Made by a program: the position numbers and the translations under genes
The notes under the pieces: generated by a model
What the model was told of the DNA's origin: nothing
What the model saw: only the letters and a program-made list of their open reading frames with translations
The model's database searches: none
Origin: Methanocaldococcus sp. 16A
GTDB taxonomy: Archaea > AGJL01 > Methanococci > Methanococcales > Methanocaldococcaceae
Assembly: GCA_049860595.1 (NCBI GenBank)
Contig: CP187551.1
Reading direction: 5' to 3' (one strand)
DNA length: 64,000 nucleotides
In this document: positions 1 through 10,495 of the stretch, piece after piece
How the letters are laid out: the number at the start of each line of letters is the position of its first letter
Position numbering within the stretch: the first letter of the stretch is position 1

Positions 1-188
1 TAAAAAACCCCATTATAAGCAGAAGTTATCTCTCCCTTTCTATTTCTTAATGGTGAGCCATCTTTTAACCTTATAGAAGTCAAAAATTGATATAAAGCAT
101 TCATTCCATCAATAGCAACCTTTTTACCTTTTAAATCTTCAAAAGAGATAATTTTTTTTGGTATAAAATCACCAAACTGCACTCCCAT
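1..188 (-). CDS. fen: Flap endonuclease 1, N-terminal part (runs off window)
   Basis: Manual translation from ATG at 188: MGVQFGDFIPKNIISFEDLKGKKVAIDGMNALYQFLTSIRLKDGSPLRNRKGEITSAYNGVF, the archaeal FEN-1 N-terminus. Confidence 0.95.
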   Translation of the reverse strand, partial: MGVQFGDFIPKKIISFEDLKGKKVAIDGMNALYQFLTSIRLKDGSPLRNRKGEITSAYNGVF

Positions 189-391
189 GCTATCCCTCAC
201 AGTAATCTTAATCATAGTTTATATTTTACTGTTTAATTTACTTAAAAAATTTGAATGTCATTAAAAATTTATTCTTGAAAATCTTTTTATTTAAAAATTA
301 ATATAAAAATTTAATAAAAATAGCTAAGGGCTTAAATCTTTAAAGTTTTTCCTTCCAAGTCATATCTATATTAATACTTCCTCCCTGGAAT

Positions 392-3300
392 TCACCAATG
401 TTCTGATATATTGCTATAGCTTTCTTCAATGTCTCCTTCAATCTCTAAATAAATCATTTTAAGTTCATCAATGTTTTCTTCACTAGTCTTCCATAATCCT
501 CTTTGATAAGCTTCCAATAACCTTCTTGCAATCTCTTCTAAGGCATATATGTTGTGTTCTTTAAAGAACTTCCTATTGTTTTCATCTTTTACAAAGGTAT
601 TAAAGATTTCATCAAATATCCAATTATCAACCTCTTTAGTTGTAGCACTCCAGCCATAAACCCTTCCAATTCTCTTAGCTATATCACCAGCCCCTTTATA
701 TCCATGTCTCTTCATACCTTCAATCCATTTTGGATTTAGTAATTTCGTTAAAGTAACTCTCTCAATCTCCTCTTTTAACGTTCTTATCTCAACATTATTT
801 GGATTTCTTGTGTCTCCATAATAGGCTTTAATATCTTTACCTTTTAAAACTTTTGCAGCATTTGTTAAACCTCCATGAGTTCCAAAGTAGCAACAACAGC
901 CAAATAAGTCATATTCATCAGTAACAACTTTGTTGAATGTTAAATCAACAGTCTTTAATATATTCTCAAAGGCATTAATTGCCTTTTTTCCATAAACTCC
1001 CTTTCCATAGGCATAAGAATTCCAGTGGATGAATGCATCTTTCAAATCTTCATCATTCTCCCATGCACTTGCATATACAGCATATTTAACTCCATTTCCA
1101 TAAGTTCCTGGAGCAGAGCTGAAAATTCTAAATGTTGATTCTCTAAATGATAATCCTTTATTTAAATTCTCAACAACATGTTTCTTTACAAAATTCATCT
1201 CCAATGGCTCATCTAAGTTAGCAACTTTCATTATTGCTTCATCAATAAGCTCTATACAGTTTGGAAACATATCTCTTGTTATAGCACTAACTCTTATAGT
1301 AACATCAATTCTTGGCCTTCCCAATTCTTCTAATGGAATTATCTCTAAACCAACAACCTTTCCTCCTTTATAAACTGGTTTAACTCCTAAAAGGTAGAGT
1401 ATCATTCCCATTCCTTCTCCATCAGCCCACATTATGTCAGAAGCCATCCAATATAGAGCAATATTTTCAGGATATTTATTTTCTTCTTCTAAGTATCTGT
1501 TGATTAATTTCTCAGCTAATAAAACCCCAACTCTGTAGGCAGATTTAGTAGGAACTCTGTATGGGTCTAATGAATAAAAGTTTCTCCCAGTTGGTAGAAT
1601 ATCATAATTTCCTCTTGTTATTAATCCAGAGGGGCCGGGTTCGATATATTTAGCGTCAATACCTCTCAATAAAGAGCCAATTTCATCAGATTTTTCAATT
1701 CTTTGATTTATATCCTTGATTTTTTCTTCTAATTTTTTATCTTCTATACTTTTTCCTTTCAACACATTATAAATTCGTTTCTTTAAATCTTTGTCTTTAT
1801 ATTCAAATTCCAAAATACTCTTTATAAACTCAACTCTCTTCTCTCCACTTGGAAGTTCTCCAAAGATGTGCATTCCATCGTTGCATTTTGAGTTTTTTAT
1901 CATCTCTAAAGTATTTCTTATCTCATCAAATATTTCTTTAAATTTCTCATGTATTTTTCCTTCTTTTTCCAACTTCTTGATTTTTTCTTTTATTTTTAAT
2001 AAATTGGTTTTTTTAACTTCCTCAATTATCAAATGCTCTAACTGATGCCTTCTTGAAGCATCCATCTCTTTTAAATATTCTTCTATATGGCTATTTAGAG
2101 TTTCTAACTCTTCATAAAAGGCATCTGTCATAACTGTTTGCATGTGGTCTATAATGGTTGCATAGCTCCTTCTTTTAGCTATTGTTCCCTCTGGTGGATT
2201 ATCTGAATTGTAAATATATAAGTGAGGAATATCCCCAATGCAAATATCTGGATAACACTCATTAGATAAACCAACATTCTTTCCTGGCAAAAATTCTAAA
2301 GTTCCATGCGTTCCAACATGAACTATAACATCTCCAATATCATTAAAGTATTTATAACTTGCAAGATATTGATGAGTTGGTGGGCAATATGGGTCGTGCA
2401 AAATTTTACAAACTCTTCCATCACATCTTGCCCCTGCACATCCTCTCTTTGGTTGAACACAAACATAGACATTTCCAAACTTTAAACCAGTTATAACTAT
2501 CTTGTTTTTTCCATTTACCTTATAAACCATTCCAGCTGGGATATCTTTTCCTTCTAAATTGCCCCATGTCTCTAAAACCTTATTTTTTACATTTTCTGGC
2601 AGTTTGTTGAAGTATTCATAGTATTCATCTTCATCCATTAAATATAGGTATCCACCCTTAGCAATAATCTCATTCACCGTTGTCCATCTAAACTCTGAAA
2701 TAGCCTTTTTTTGCAAAATTAGTTGAGCTAATTCTTCCCCATTTTTTGGAATATTTTCTACGAGATAGCCCTCATCTTTTAACTTTTTCATAATATTTAC
2801 AACACTCTGAAAACTGTCTAAATGTGCGGCACTACCTACAGTAGCCTCAACAGAAGCACATGCATTATTGTGCAAGATAAATATAACTTTTCTATCTTTT
2901 TTTGGTTTATATTTTAGTTCAATCCATCTCTTTATTCTTCTAATAACTTTTTCTATTCTCTCCTCAATACCAAACTTCTTTTCTAAACCATTTTCATTTT
3001 CAGTAGTTCCAATGATAATTGGCTCTATAACCCCTTCAAACTCAGGTAAGGCAATAGTCCAACCAATATCTGCCGATAAACCCTGCTCATCTTCTTTCCA
3101 ATCTTTATAGCTTTTATAGTAACTCATTATTGGATGAAATACTGGAACATCTAATTTTTTAAGTATCTCAACTCCAGAGATTTTATTTAAATCTCCTCCA
3201 TCTTTTACAGTTCCCAATGGAAATGATAATAAGTTAATTAACGCATCTATTATTGGCATATCATCCTTAAAGAAGTATTTTAAAATGCTTTCTCCCCCTC

Positions 3301-3898
3301 CTAAGGCATTTAGCTCCTCACACTTAGCTCCATAAGAAAATACTGGAATTATGTTAAATTCTTTTTTTAGTTTATCTAACAGCTTATCAATTACATCCAT
3401 ATCCTCATTAACTAAATAATGCCTTGAAAATAAAACTCCAACTGTGTATTTTTTATTAAACTCTATATCTTTCAAAAATTCATCCAATTCATCATAAATC
3501 TTCCCTTTATAGTAAATACCTTGGAGAGGATGCTTTATAACATCTTTATCTTCTCCCATCAAATAAAGAACCATATTTTTAAAGTTATCTAAACCTCCAT
3601 AAGTTGTAAATAAATAACATTTAGCAGATTTTTCAGAATTCCAAAAACTTGGGTCTTGAGCAACAACTAAAACATTTTCATTTAATTTTTTTATTTTCTC
3701 TAAATCAATATCATCTGATGATGTTTTATATATAAAAACTAAATCAGAGTTTTTAACATCTTCTAAAAAGCTATCATCGATAGGATTTCTATTAGAATAT
3801 ATTCTATATTCAATATCAATTCCCTCTTTTTTTAACTCATCCAATGCTTTTTTTAATATTGAGCAGTATGATGCCCACATATAAAATGTGATTTTCAT
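392..3898 (-). CDS. cobN: CobN/ChlH-family chelatase large subunit; C-terminal ~20 aa apparently frameshifted
   Basis: Motifs HVGTHGTLEFLPGK, LPTGRNFYSLDP, LGRPRIDV, KLLNPKWIEGM; likely start MKITF at 3898 after a GGTGGTG RBS. Confidence 0.9.
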   Translation of the reverse strand: MKITFYMWASYCSILKKALDELKKEGIDIEYRIYSNRNPIDDSFLEDVKNSDLVFIYKTSSDDIDLEKIKKLNENVLVVAQDPSFWNSEKSAKCYLFTTYGGLDNFKNMVLYLMGEDKDVIKHPLQGIYYKGKIYDELDEFLKDIEFNKKYTVGVLFSRHYLVNEDMDVIDKLLDKLKKEFNIIPVFSYGAKCEELNALGGGESILKYFFKDDMPIIDALINLLSFPLGTVKDGGDLNKISGVEILKKLDVPVFHPIMSYYKSYKDWKEDEQGLSADIGWTIALPEFEGVIEPIIIGTTENENGLEKKFGIEERIEKVIRRIKRWIELKYKPKKDRKVIFILHNNACASVEATVGSAAHLDSFQSVVNIMKKLKDEGYLVENIPKNGEELAQLILQKKAISEFRWTTVNEIIAKGGYLYLMDEDEYYEYFNKLPENVKNKVLETWGNLEGKDIPAGMVYKVNGKNKIVITGLKFGNVYVCVQPKRGCAGARCDGRVCKILHDPYCPPTHQYLASYKYFNDIGDVIVHVGTHGTLEFLPGKNVGLSNECYPDICIGDIPHLYIYNSDNPPEGTIAKRRSYATIIDHMQTVMTDAFYEELETLNSHIEEYLKEMDASRRHQLEHLIIEEVKKTNLLKIKEKIKKLEKEGKIHEKFKEIFDEIRNTLEMIKNSKCNDGMHIFGELPSGEKRVEFIKSILEFEYKDKDLKKRIYNVLKGKSIEDKKLEEKIKDINQRIEKSDEIGSLLRGIDAKYIEPGPSGLITRGNYDILPTGRNFYSLDPYRVPTKSAYRVGVLLAEKLINRYLEEENKYPENIALYWMASDIMWADGEGMGMILYLLGVKPVYKGGKVVGLEIIPLEELGRPRIDVTIRVSAITRDMFPNCIELIDEAIMKVANLDEPLEMNFVKKHVVENLNKGLSFRESTFRIFSSAPGTYGNGVKYAVYASAWENDEDLKDAFIHWNSYAYGKGVYGKKAINAFENILKTVDLTFNKVVTDEYDLFGCCCYFGTHGGLTNAAKVLKGKDIKAYYGDTRNPNNVEIRTLKEEIERVTLTKLLNPKWIEGMKRHGYKGAGDIAKRIGRVYGWSATTKEVDNWIFDEIFNTFVKDENNRKFFKEHNIYALEEIARRLLEAYQRGLWKTSEENIDELKMIYLEIEGDIEESYSNISEHW

Positions 3899-4021
3899 AA
3901 CACCACCATAATAATAAGAGTTTATAATCACTACTATAGTGTTAATTTTTTATAGATTTTATTACTATTTATAATTTATCATTAAAAATCATGATAGATT
4001 TCATAAAAATAAAAAATAGAA

Positions 4022-4879
4022 TTAGCAAATAGAAGCACCTTTATTGTTTGGTTTGGTTAAAATAACTCTTCCATATTTCTTTAATTTCTCTTTTACCTTC
4101 TCAATATTTTCATCTTCAACTATAGCTATATAACTCGGTCCAGTTCCAGATAAGCCAGCCGTTATAGCTCCAGCTTCTAAGGCATCTATAGCTATATTTG
4201 TTGGAAAGTTTAAAGCTGATGCATAAAGAATACCATTCAAAAACAAAGCTTTGAAATAATTTCCATTCATAGCTTCATTAAAGGCAATTTCAACATAATC
4301 CTTTATTAATTTCATTCTATGGACATCAACATTTTTTTCTAAGTTTGGGATTAAAATTAAGACATTTAAATCCTCTGGCATTTTATCTCTTTTTAAGATT
4401 TTTCTTTCTATGTTGTCAGTTATTGTTATTCCTCCATAGTATGAGGCTGTGGCATCATCATAAGCTCCAGTAACCGTTAATTTCTCATCAAAACTTGACT
4501 TTATACCTAAATTTAGTATCAGTTCATCATCTATTTTTTCTCCCAATGCGTCAAATGTCGCTAAAATAACAGCGTTAGATGTAGCTGAACTACTGCTCAA
4601 ACCTGATTTTATAGGAATTTCAGTTTTTGTTTCAACATAGGCAGAGTAATCCAAATTAAAATAATTCAATGTATTTTTAACACATCTAATTATTAAATTT
4701 GGCTTAATATTTGGATTATCTAACACTTTCCCTTCAATTTTATTTTTTCCATCATCTATTAACTTAACTCTTGCATAGACTTTCAAATTTAGCCCAAAGG
4801 CTGAACCTTTACCTGTTGCTATAGCGTTTATTATTGTTCCAGATGCTAACGCATAAGCTTTTCCTTCCATTAAAATCAA
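4022..4879 (-). CDS. aroK: Archaeal GHMP-type shikimate kinase
   Basis: [39 protein letters not shown]. Confidence 0.93.
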   Translation of the reverse strand: MILMEGKAYALASGTIINAIATGKGSAFGLNLKVYARVKLIDDGKNKIEGKVLDNPNIKPNLIIRCVKNTLNYFNLDYSAYVETKTEIPIKSGLSSSSATSNAVILATFDALGEKIDDELILNLGIKSSFDEKLTVTGAYDDATASYYGGITITDNIERKILKRDKMPEDLNVLILIPNLEKNVDVHRMKLIKDYVEIAFNEAMNGNYFKALFLNGILYASALNFPTNIAIDALEAGAITAGLSGTGPSYIAIVEDENIEKVKEKLKKYGRVILTKPNNKGASIC

Positions 4880-4894
4880 CCTTCAATAAATTGT

Positions 4895-5479
4895 TTAATT
4901 ATTACTCCAATTCCATAAGCCAATTCTATGTTCCTTTGCATTTTTCTCAACTTCTAAGAATTCATTTTTTAACTCAAAATTACTTATATAAACTCTTGCA
5001 TAACCATATTTTAAAAGCTCTTCATTGAAGTTTATCAAATTATTACTATTATTTATAAAGATATAAGCTAAATATCTTCCATATTTGTCTTTTTTTGGAG
5101 CTTCATTATCAAAGACAATAATAACTGTTTTATTTTCTAATTGCTTCTTTGCAAAGTTTTTAGCTTTAATTCCCCAGATTTTTAGATAGGTAATATTTGT
5201 TATTGGTGTTCCATCCAATAAATAATATTCATGAGGATTATTTTTTCTATAAGTTTCTGGTGTGTCAACTCCTAATAACCTAATTTTCCATAATTCTTCA
5301 TTAACATTTACATATACAGTGTCTCCATCAACAACTTTAACAACCTTCCCATAATAATGTTCATGAGTTTGAATAAAATTATTATAATTATAAGAATTAT
5401 CATAGTTAAATCCAATACATCCGCCTAAGAAAACAAAAATAATTAACATTAAAATTATTGGAGATATTTTAAATTTCAT
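4895..5479 (-). CDS. Thermonuclease (staphylococcal nuclease family), lipoprotein-like signal
   Basis: VVDGDT, IRLLGVDTPE, DKYGRYLAY, GYARVY, GLW; N-terminal hydrophobic segment ending FLGGC. Confidence 0.92.
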   Translation of the reverse strand: MKFKISPIILMLIIFVFLGGCIGFNYDNSYNYNNFIQTHEHYYGKVVKVVDGDTVYVNVNEELWKIRLLGVDTPETYRKNNPHEYYLLDGTPITNITYLKIWGIKAKNFAKKQLENKTVIIVFDNEAPKKDKYGRYLAYIFINNSNNLINFNEELLKYGYARVYISNFELKNEFLEVEKNAKEHRIGLWNWSNN

Positions 5480-5506
5480 AATTTCACCAAAATAGTATTT
5501 AGTTGA

Positions 5507-6007
5507 TTAAGTCTTTTTTAAAGCAATGGTTGAGATTATTATTAGAGTTAGAATTATAGCTAATGGAGGAATTGGCGTTTTTGTTGTTGGGTTTGTTGTT
5601 GGAGTGGTTAATATAAATATATTAGTTATTTTATAATAGTTTCCTTTTATATTATTACCCGTTACTTTTAGTTCAAGAACATTATTTCCATTCTTTAAGT
5701 AATTAGTTATGGTTATAGATGCAGTTTTTTTATTAAATGGTGCCGCATTATTGGAGTCATTGATTGTATAAATTAAATTGCCATTTAAATACAAAGAGAC
5801 ATTAAAATTTCCACTAAAACTAAACGTTCCATAATGTTGAAATTTTAAAATATATTCTTGATTTTCAACTTTGTCTATATTAAATGTGATATTATCTACA
5901 TGTTTATTTTTTGTTACTTCTAATTCGCCTGGTATGGGTATTGTTTCTCCATAAACCACACCACACAATAACAAAATCCCTACTAAAAAAATCATTTTTT
6001 TTAGCAT
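5507..6007 (-). CDS. Secreted/surface protein with Thr-rich linker and PIP-type C-terminal membrane anchor
   Basis: Signal peptide, beta-rich domain (YLKNGNNVLEL), then TTPTTNPTTKTPIPP, a TM helix and KKT. Confidence 0.75.
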   Translation of the reverse strand: MLKKMIFLVGILLLCGVVYGETIPIPGELEVTKNKHVDNITFNIDKVENQEYILKFQHYGTFSFSGNFNVSLYLNGNLIYTINDSNNAAPFNKKTASITITNYLKNGNNVLELKVTGNNIKGNYYKITNIFILTTPTTNPTTKTPIPPLAIILTLIIISTIALKKT

Positions 6008-6111
6008 ATTCTCATCCTAATATCTAAATATGGATTATAACAACATATTCTATTTTGTATCTCCTATTTTAAACTATTTTAAATTATTTAGTACCTAATC
6101 AATTAAATATG

Positions 6112-6867
6112 CTAAATTATTTGATATAACTTACTTGAGGCAATAATAACTATTAGAACAACAACTCTTGTTATTTCATTTGAAGCCCCTAATATATCAC
6201 CATTAACTCCGCCAAAATGCTTTTTAGCTATCTTAGCCATGCATAAACCAATAATTATTGCCGTTATTATAGCTATTATAACTATTTTCCTTTCAATCCC
6301 TTCAAATATTAAAAGTAATGGAAGAGTTAAGATAACACCAATAGTTAAAAACTTTTCATCACTTTTCTTAACGAAATATCTTCCAGTTCCTTCAATTAAT
6401 GGATTACCAAAAGTTGAACAGCTCAACATCCCAAGCTTTGCACAAATCTCTACAACCAATAGATATAAGATAGAAATCTCTAAAATTTGAGATATAGAAG
6501 TAATTGCTAATAAATTAACAAATATTGCGAAAACTAAACCTCCACAACCAATATATCTATCCTTCATAGCCATTAATTTTTTTCTTTTATCTCCTACAGC
6601 CATCCACCCATCTCCAAAATCAATTAAGCCATCAATATGGTGAAAACCGTTTAAATACTCAATAAGAAACAAAATTAAAATAGCGGCTAAAAGATTAGGC
6701 AACAAAAAACTAAAAACATAGCCAAATATTAAACTAAAAATTCCAAACACATAACCAATCAATATAATTAAATAGAAATAATTTGCAATATCTTCAAAAT
6801 TAAAATCTTCTACATAGATAGGAATCCTTGTAAAAAATGATAACAGTGCTTTAAACTCTTTAAGCAT
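6112..6867 (-). CDS. cobS: Adenosylcobinamide-GDP ribazoletransferase (cobalamin synthase)
   Basis: [32 protein letters not shown]; polytopic membrane protein. Confidence 0.95.
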   Translation of the reverse strand: MLKEFKALLSFFTRIPIYVEDFNFEDIANYFYLIILIGYVFGIFSLIFGYVFSFLLPNLLAAILILFLIEYLNGFHHIDGLIDFGDGWMAVGDKRKKLMAMKDRYIGCGGLVFAIFVNLLAITSISQILEISILYLLVVEICAKLGMLSCSTFGNPLIEGTGRYFVKKSDEKFLTIGVILTLPLLLIFEGIERKIVIIAIITAIIIGLCMAKIAKKHFGGVNGDILGASNEITRVVVLIVIIASSKLYQII

Positions 6868-6877
6868 AGTCTCATCT

Positions 6878-7564
6878 TTAGCTCTTTTTTAATTCTTTAA
6901 CTATGTCTACGAGCTCTTGAAGTGAGTTTATAGTATAATCGCTATAACCGTTATCTTCTATGTCTTTATATTTTCCTTTCAATATTCGAACTGTTATCAT
7001 CCCCAGTTCTTTTGCTGGTTTTATATCTTTATCTACTCTATCTCCAACATATATAGTTTCTTCAGGTTTTAAACCCATTCTACTTAGTCCATATTTAAAA
7101 AACTCTAAATGGGGTTTTCCTAAACCAAACTCCTCTGAAGTAATAACATCATCAAAAAATGGATGTATCCCCAATCTAATAAGTTTTTCCCACTGCTTTA
7201 TAGTTAATCCATCAGTTATTACACCTAACTTCAATCCCATTGCTTTAAGCTCTATCAATGTCTTTATTGTGTGTGGATAGGGTCTTAGTAATGCTACTTT
7301 AACATTATGGTAAGTTATTATTCCAGTGGTTATTATTTTTGGGTCATATCTTCCTAAAACCGCTTTAACTAAGTCATCAAAATGCTTTCCATAGTTTGAA
7401 CCTTTATCCCTAATAATTTTATTTAATATATTCATTGCTTCTTCAAAAGATATATTTAAACCAGCATCTATCATTGATTTAACTGCCTCTCTTCTTGCAA
7501 TTTCTACAAATTCTGATGAATTGTATAAGGTATCGTCCAAATCAAACAAAATTCCCTTTATCAT
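6878..7564 (-). CDS. HAD-superfamily hydrolase
   Basis: [23 protein letters not shown] motifs. Confidence 0.92.
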   Translation of the reverse strand: MIKGILFDLDDTLYNSSEFVEIARREAVKSMIDAGLNISFEEAMNILNKIIRDKGSNYGKHFDDLVKAVLGRYDPKIITTGIITYHNVKVALLRPYPHTIKTLIELKAMGLKLGVITDGLTIKQWEKLIRLGIHPFFDDVITSEEFGLGKPHLEFFKYGLSRMGLKPEETIYVGDRVDKDIKPAKELGMITVRILKGKYKDIEDNGYSDYTINSLQELVDIVKELKKS

Positions 7565-7598
7565 AATGTTTTCCCTTTTGGCATTTTTACATATATTT

Positions 7599-7883
7599 TT
7601 ATGATTTCTTTACCTTCTCTTTAACCATCTGAAACAATCCAACAAAATCATCATCCTCTGTAACTGGAACAACAATTAATCCTAACTTTTTATGTCTCTC
7701 TATCCAACCTTCATCATAAGCAGGAACTTCTATTTTTATTGGTTCATCAGTAGGATTCCCTACTATAACATTTCTGTATGGGAAGGGCTTTACTTCCTCA
7801 TCTTCTTCATAAGGAAATGTTGTCTCTCTAATATATCCACCTAAAGCCATAGTCATTCTTGGTAATAAAACCATCTTTGGCAT
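7599..7883 (-). CDS. ehbP: Probable energy-converting hydrogenase B subunit P (orphan location)
   Basis: Recalled similarity to EhbP family (LGGYIRE...PYRNVIVGNPTDEPIKI). Confidence 0.7.
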   Translation of the reverse strand: MPKMVLLPRMTMALGGYIRETTFPYEEDEEVKPFPYRNVIVGNPTDEPIKIEVPAYDEGWIERHKKLGLIVVPVTEDDDFVGLFQMVKEKVKKS

Positions 7884-8040
7884 CTATATCCCCTTTTTAT
7901 TGCTTACTAAATAGATGGTGTTAATATATTCTTACTTTCTATTAGATTTAAACTTAACTGAAAATAAACAAAATTAACTAAATAAATAATAAATCTAAAA
8001 CCCACTATTGAAAAATAGAACAATAAAAAAAGAGGAAGAA

Positions 8041-8256
<216 letters not shown>

Positions 8257-8395
8257 TTACTTCACCTTTTAGTATCTTTAATAGGTCTTTCTTAAGAAAT
8301 TCAACCTATTATAAATATCAACCTTCTATAATTTTCAATCACCTATATATACTTTTTTAAGGTATCGTAAAAATCACGGTAAAACACACCATTTT

Positions 8396-8511
8396 TTATA
8401 GTTGTGTGCAAAAGTATCTTAATTGAAATAAGGAATTAAAGAATGCCTTCCTTTTGGAAGGCATTCAAATTGTCCTTATAAAAGCTTATTTTGTTTTGCA
8501 CACAACTATAA
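8396..8511. repeat. Palindromic MITE-like element, family B (MJRE-like)
   Basis: Perfect 18-bp terminal inverted repeats TTATAGTTGTGTGCAAAA (8396-8413) / TTTTGCACACAACTATAA (8494-8511); internal 11-bp hairpin GAATGCCTTCC-tttt-GGAAGGCATTC (8441-8466). Confidence 0.9.
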
Positions 8512-9148
8512 TTGGGCAGTTATCACATAATGGTTTTTTCTTACAAAATTTTTTACAGTGTTCAACAATTAATGCATGATACTCTTTGTATATCTCTAAA
8601 TCTTTTGGTAATGATTTTTCAAATATTTCTTTAATTTCATCGTATTTGGCTTTTTCATTAATTATTCCTAACCTGCTAAACATCCTTTTTGTATATGCAT
8701 CAACAACAAAGCTTTCTCTATCTAAGGCATACAATAAAATGCTATCAGCTGTTTCCTTTCCAACTCCATTTATTGATAACAACTCATTCCTTAAAGTTAA
8801 AGTGTCTTTATCTGTTTTAGCCATTTTTTCAGTGTTTCCATAATTTTCTACAATAAAATTAGTTACATTTTTTAGACGTTTAGCTTTTAAATTATAAAAT
8901 CCAGCAGGTTTTATAAGCTCTTTTAATTTATCTTCATCTATGTTTAGTATTTTTTCTTCTTCCAATAAATTTTCATTTTTTAAGTTATTAATGGCTTTTT
9001 CTACATTTTTCCAGCTTGTATTTTGAGTTAAAACTGCTCCAACAACAATTTCATACCTTGTTTCAGCCGGCCACCAATTTTGATGTCCATAGTAGTTTAA
9101 TAAAGTTTTATAGATTGTATATAATATTTCAAATTTGTTTTCTTTCAT
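8486..9148 (-). CDS. Endonuclease III-related HhH-GPD DNA glycosylase
   Basis: VGAVLTQNT, LLSINGVGKETADSIL, VVDAY; C-terminal Cys cluster. Confidence 0.9.
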   Translation of the reverse strand: MKENKFEILYTIYKTLLNYYGHQNWWPAETRYEIVVGAVLTQNTSWKNVEKAINNLKNENLLEEEKILNIDEDKLKELIKPAGFYNLKAKRLKNVTNFIVENYGNTEKMAKTDKDTLTLRNELLSINGVGKETADSILLYALDRESFVVDAYTKRMFSRLGIINEKAKYDEIKEIFEKSLPKDLEIYKEYHALIVEHCKKFCKKKPLCDNCPIIVVCKTK

Positions 9149-9885
9149 TTATCATCCCTTATGATTACAGATTTTCCATTAAATGGATTTGCTCTCAAAC
9201 ATAACGAGTAGAGATATGGGTAGTTATCTTTTAAGTGTATTAAGTAGTTTAACCATTGGACGACCAATAATTTATAAACTCTAATAATATCGTTCTTTAA
9301 GTGGTCTAAATCGCTTTTTGGAAGATTGCTTAAATCTTCCCTTTTATGTAATTCATCTGCTAAATGAAAAACCGCTAATAACAGCTCAGTAAAGTCTTCA
9401 TGCTCCAATAGTAAAGGATTTTCCATCAATCTTAAAAGAAATTCTTTATTTTTTTCTAATAGATTTTTAAGCTCATATAAATCAATTTTCTCTATATCTA
9501 TGTTGCACTCATAATTCTTTAACAATTTTTTAGTATTTTCATACATTTTGTTGTCCCAATCTTCTGATATTTTTAAATAATCTTTTATATTTCCTAAATC
9601 CGCTTTTAAGATTATTTTTAAGAGCTCTTCACCAACACTATTGAAAAAAGAACCAACGACCATATTTAATTTTTCTAACTTTTTCATTTTCTCTCTATGG
9701 TCTAAAATGCTCTCAATAATTAAACTTACAATTAAAACTTCAATAGGAATGAACGCCAAATGTAATAAAAAATAGCTTAATATGTAATCAACTTTTCCAA
9801 AGATTAAAAAATGTATTGAGTAAATCAATATGGACAAAAAAATTAAACAAATACCTATTATTAACATATACCTTTTATCATTCAT
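9145..9885 (-). CDS. Conserved hypothetical membrane protein (2 N-terminal TM helices)
   Basis: Long ORF coupled to neighbours; hydrophobic N-terminus; ENPLLLEHE motif. Confidence 0.8.
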   Translation of the reverse strand: MNDKRYMLIIGICLIFLSILIYSIHFLIFGKVDYILSYFLLHLAFIPIEVLIVSLIIESILDHREKMKKLEKLNMVVGSFFNSVGEELLKIILKADLGNIKDYLKISEDWDNKMYENTKKLLKNYECNIDIEKIDLYELKNLLEKNKEFLLRLMENPLLLEHEDFTELLLAVFHLADELHKREDLSNLPKSDLDHLKNDIIRVYKLLVVQWLNYLIHLKDNYPYLYSLCLRANPFNGKSVIIRDDK

Positions 9886-9886
9886 T

Positions 9887-10384
9887 TTATCCCCTAAAGT
9901 TCCAAATCTTATCCCCTACATAGTGAAGGTTTTTAATAGCTTTTCCTTTATCTGCTTCTTTCATCTCTTTTCCATTCATTAATGCAATTCCTACACATAT
10001 TGGTTTTTTGTGATTCTCATCTACAACAAAAACAATATCTTCCTCTTTAATATTTTCATCTGCCTCAACAATTCCCGGAGCCATTACATCTGCCCCGTTT
10101 ATTAAGAATTTTATAGCACCCATATCAACTACAACTAAATTTTTGTTAGGAAGGGATTTTAATAATAATTTTAATGTAGGAATTACTTTATCATCTTTTT
10201 TAAACGCAATTGGCTCTTTATCAACTAATATTATCTCAAAATCATCAGTTATAGCTATCTCCACATTACTTTTTTTTGGAATTATTTCATCAACATTTTC
10301 AAAAAAATTTTCTAATTCTTTTTTTATTTTTTTGACATCTTTTTTGCTTAAATAGTATCTCTTCTTTATTTCCAAACTCATCAC
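9887..10384 (-). CDS. PUA-domain RNA-binding protein (MCT-1/Tma20-like)
   Basis: VVDMGAIKFLINGADVMAPGI, LHYVGDKIW. Confidence 0.92.
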   Translation of the reverse strand: MMSLEIKKRYYLSKKDVKKIKKELENFFENVDEIIPKKSNVEIAITDDFEIILVDKEPIAFKKDDKVIPTLKLLLKSLPNKNLVVVDMGAIKFLINGADVMAPGIVEADENIKEEDIVFVVDENHKKPICVGIALMNGKEMKEADKGKAIKNLHYVGDKIWNFRG

Positions 10385-10397
10385 CTTTTTTGATAAT

Positions 10398-10491
10398 AAA
10401 CCTTTTGCAGTTTATAATATTAAAATATGATATTTATAATGATTTTAGCACCATTATTCCTTTAAAAATTATTACTTGCGAAAGTCCTATT
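10398..10491. repeat. Palindromic MITE-like element, family A
   Basis: Ends CTTTTGCAG ... TTGCGAAAGTCCTATT resemble the intact copy at 54823-54918. Confidence 0.7.
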
Positions 10492-10495
10492 AAAA

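Noticed and set aside
392-394. TGA at the end of cobN as a selenocysteine codon
   Set aside because: Read-through adds only IPGRKY*, no SECIS-like hairpin is evident, and a frameshift explains the downstream sequence better
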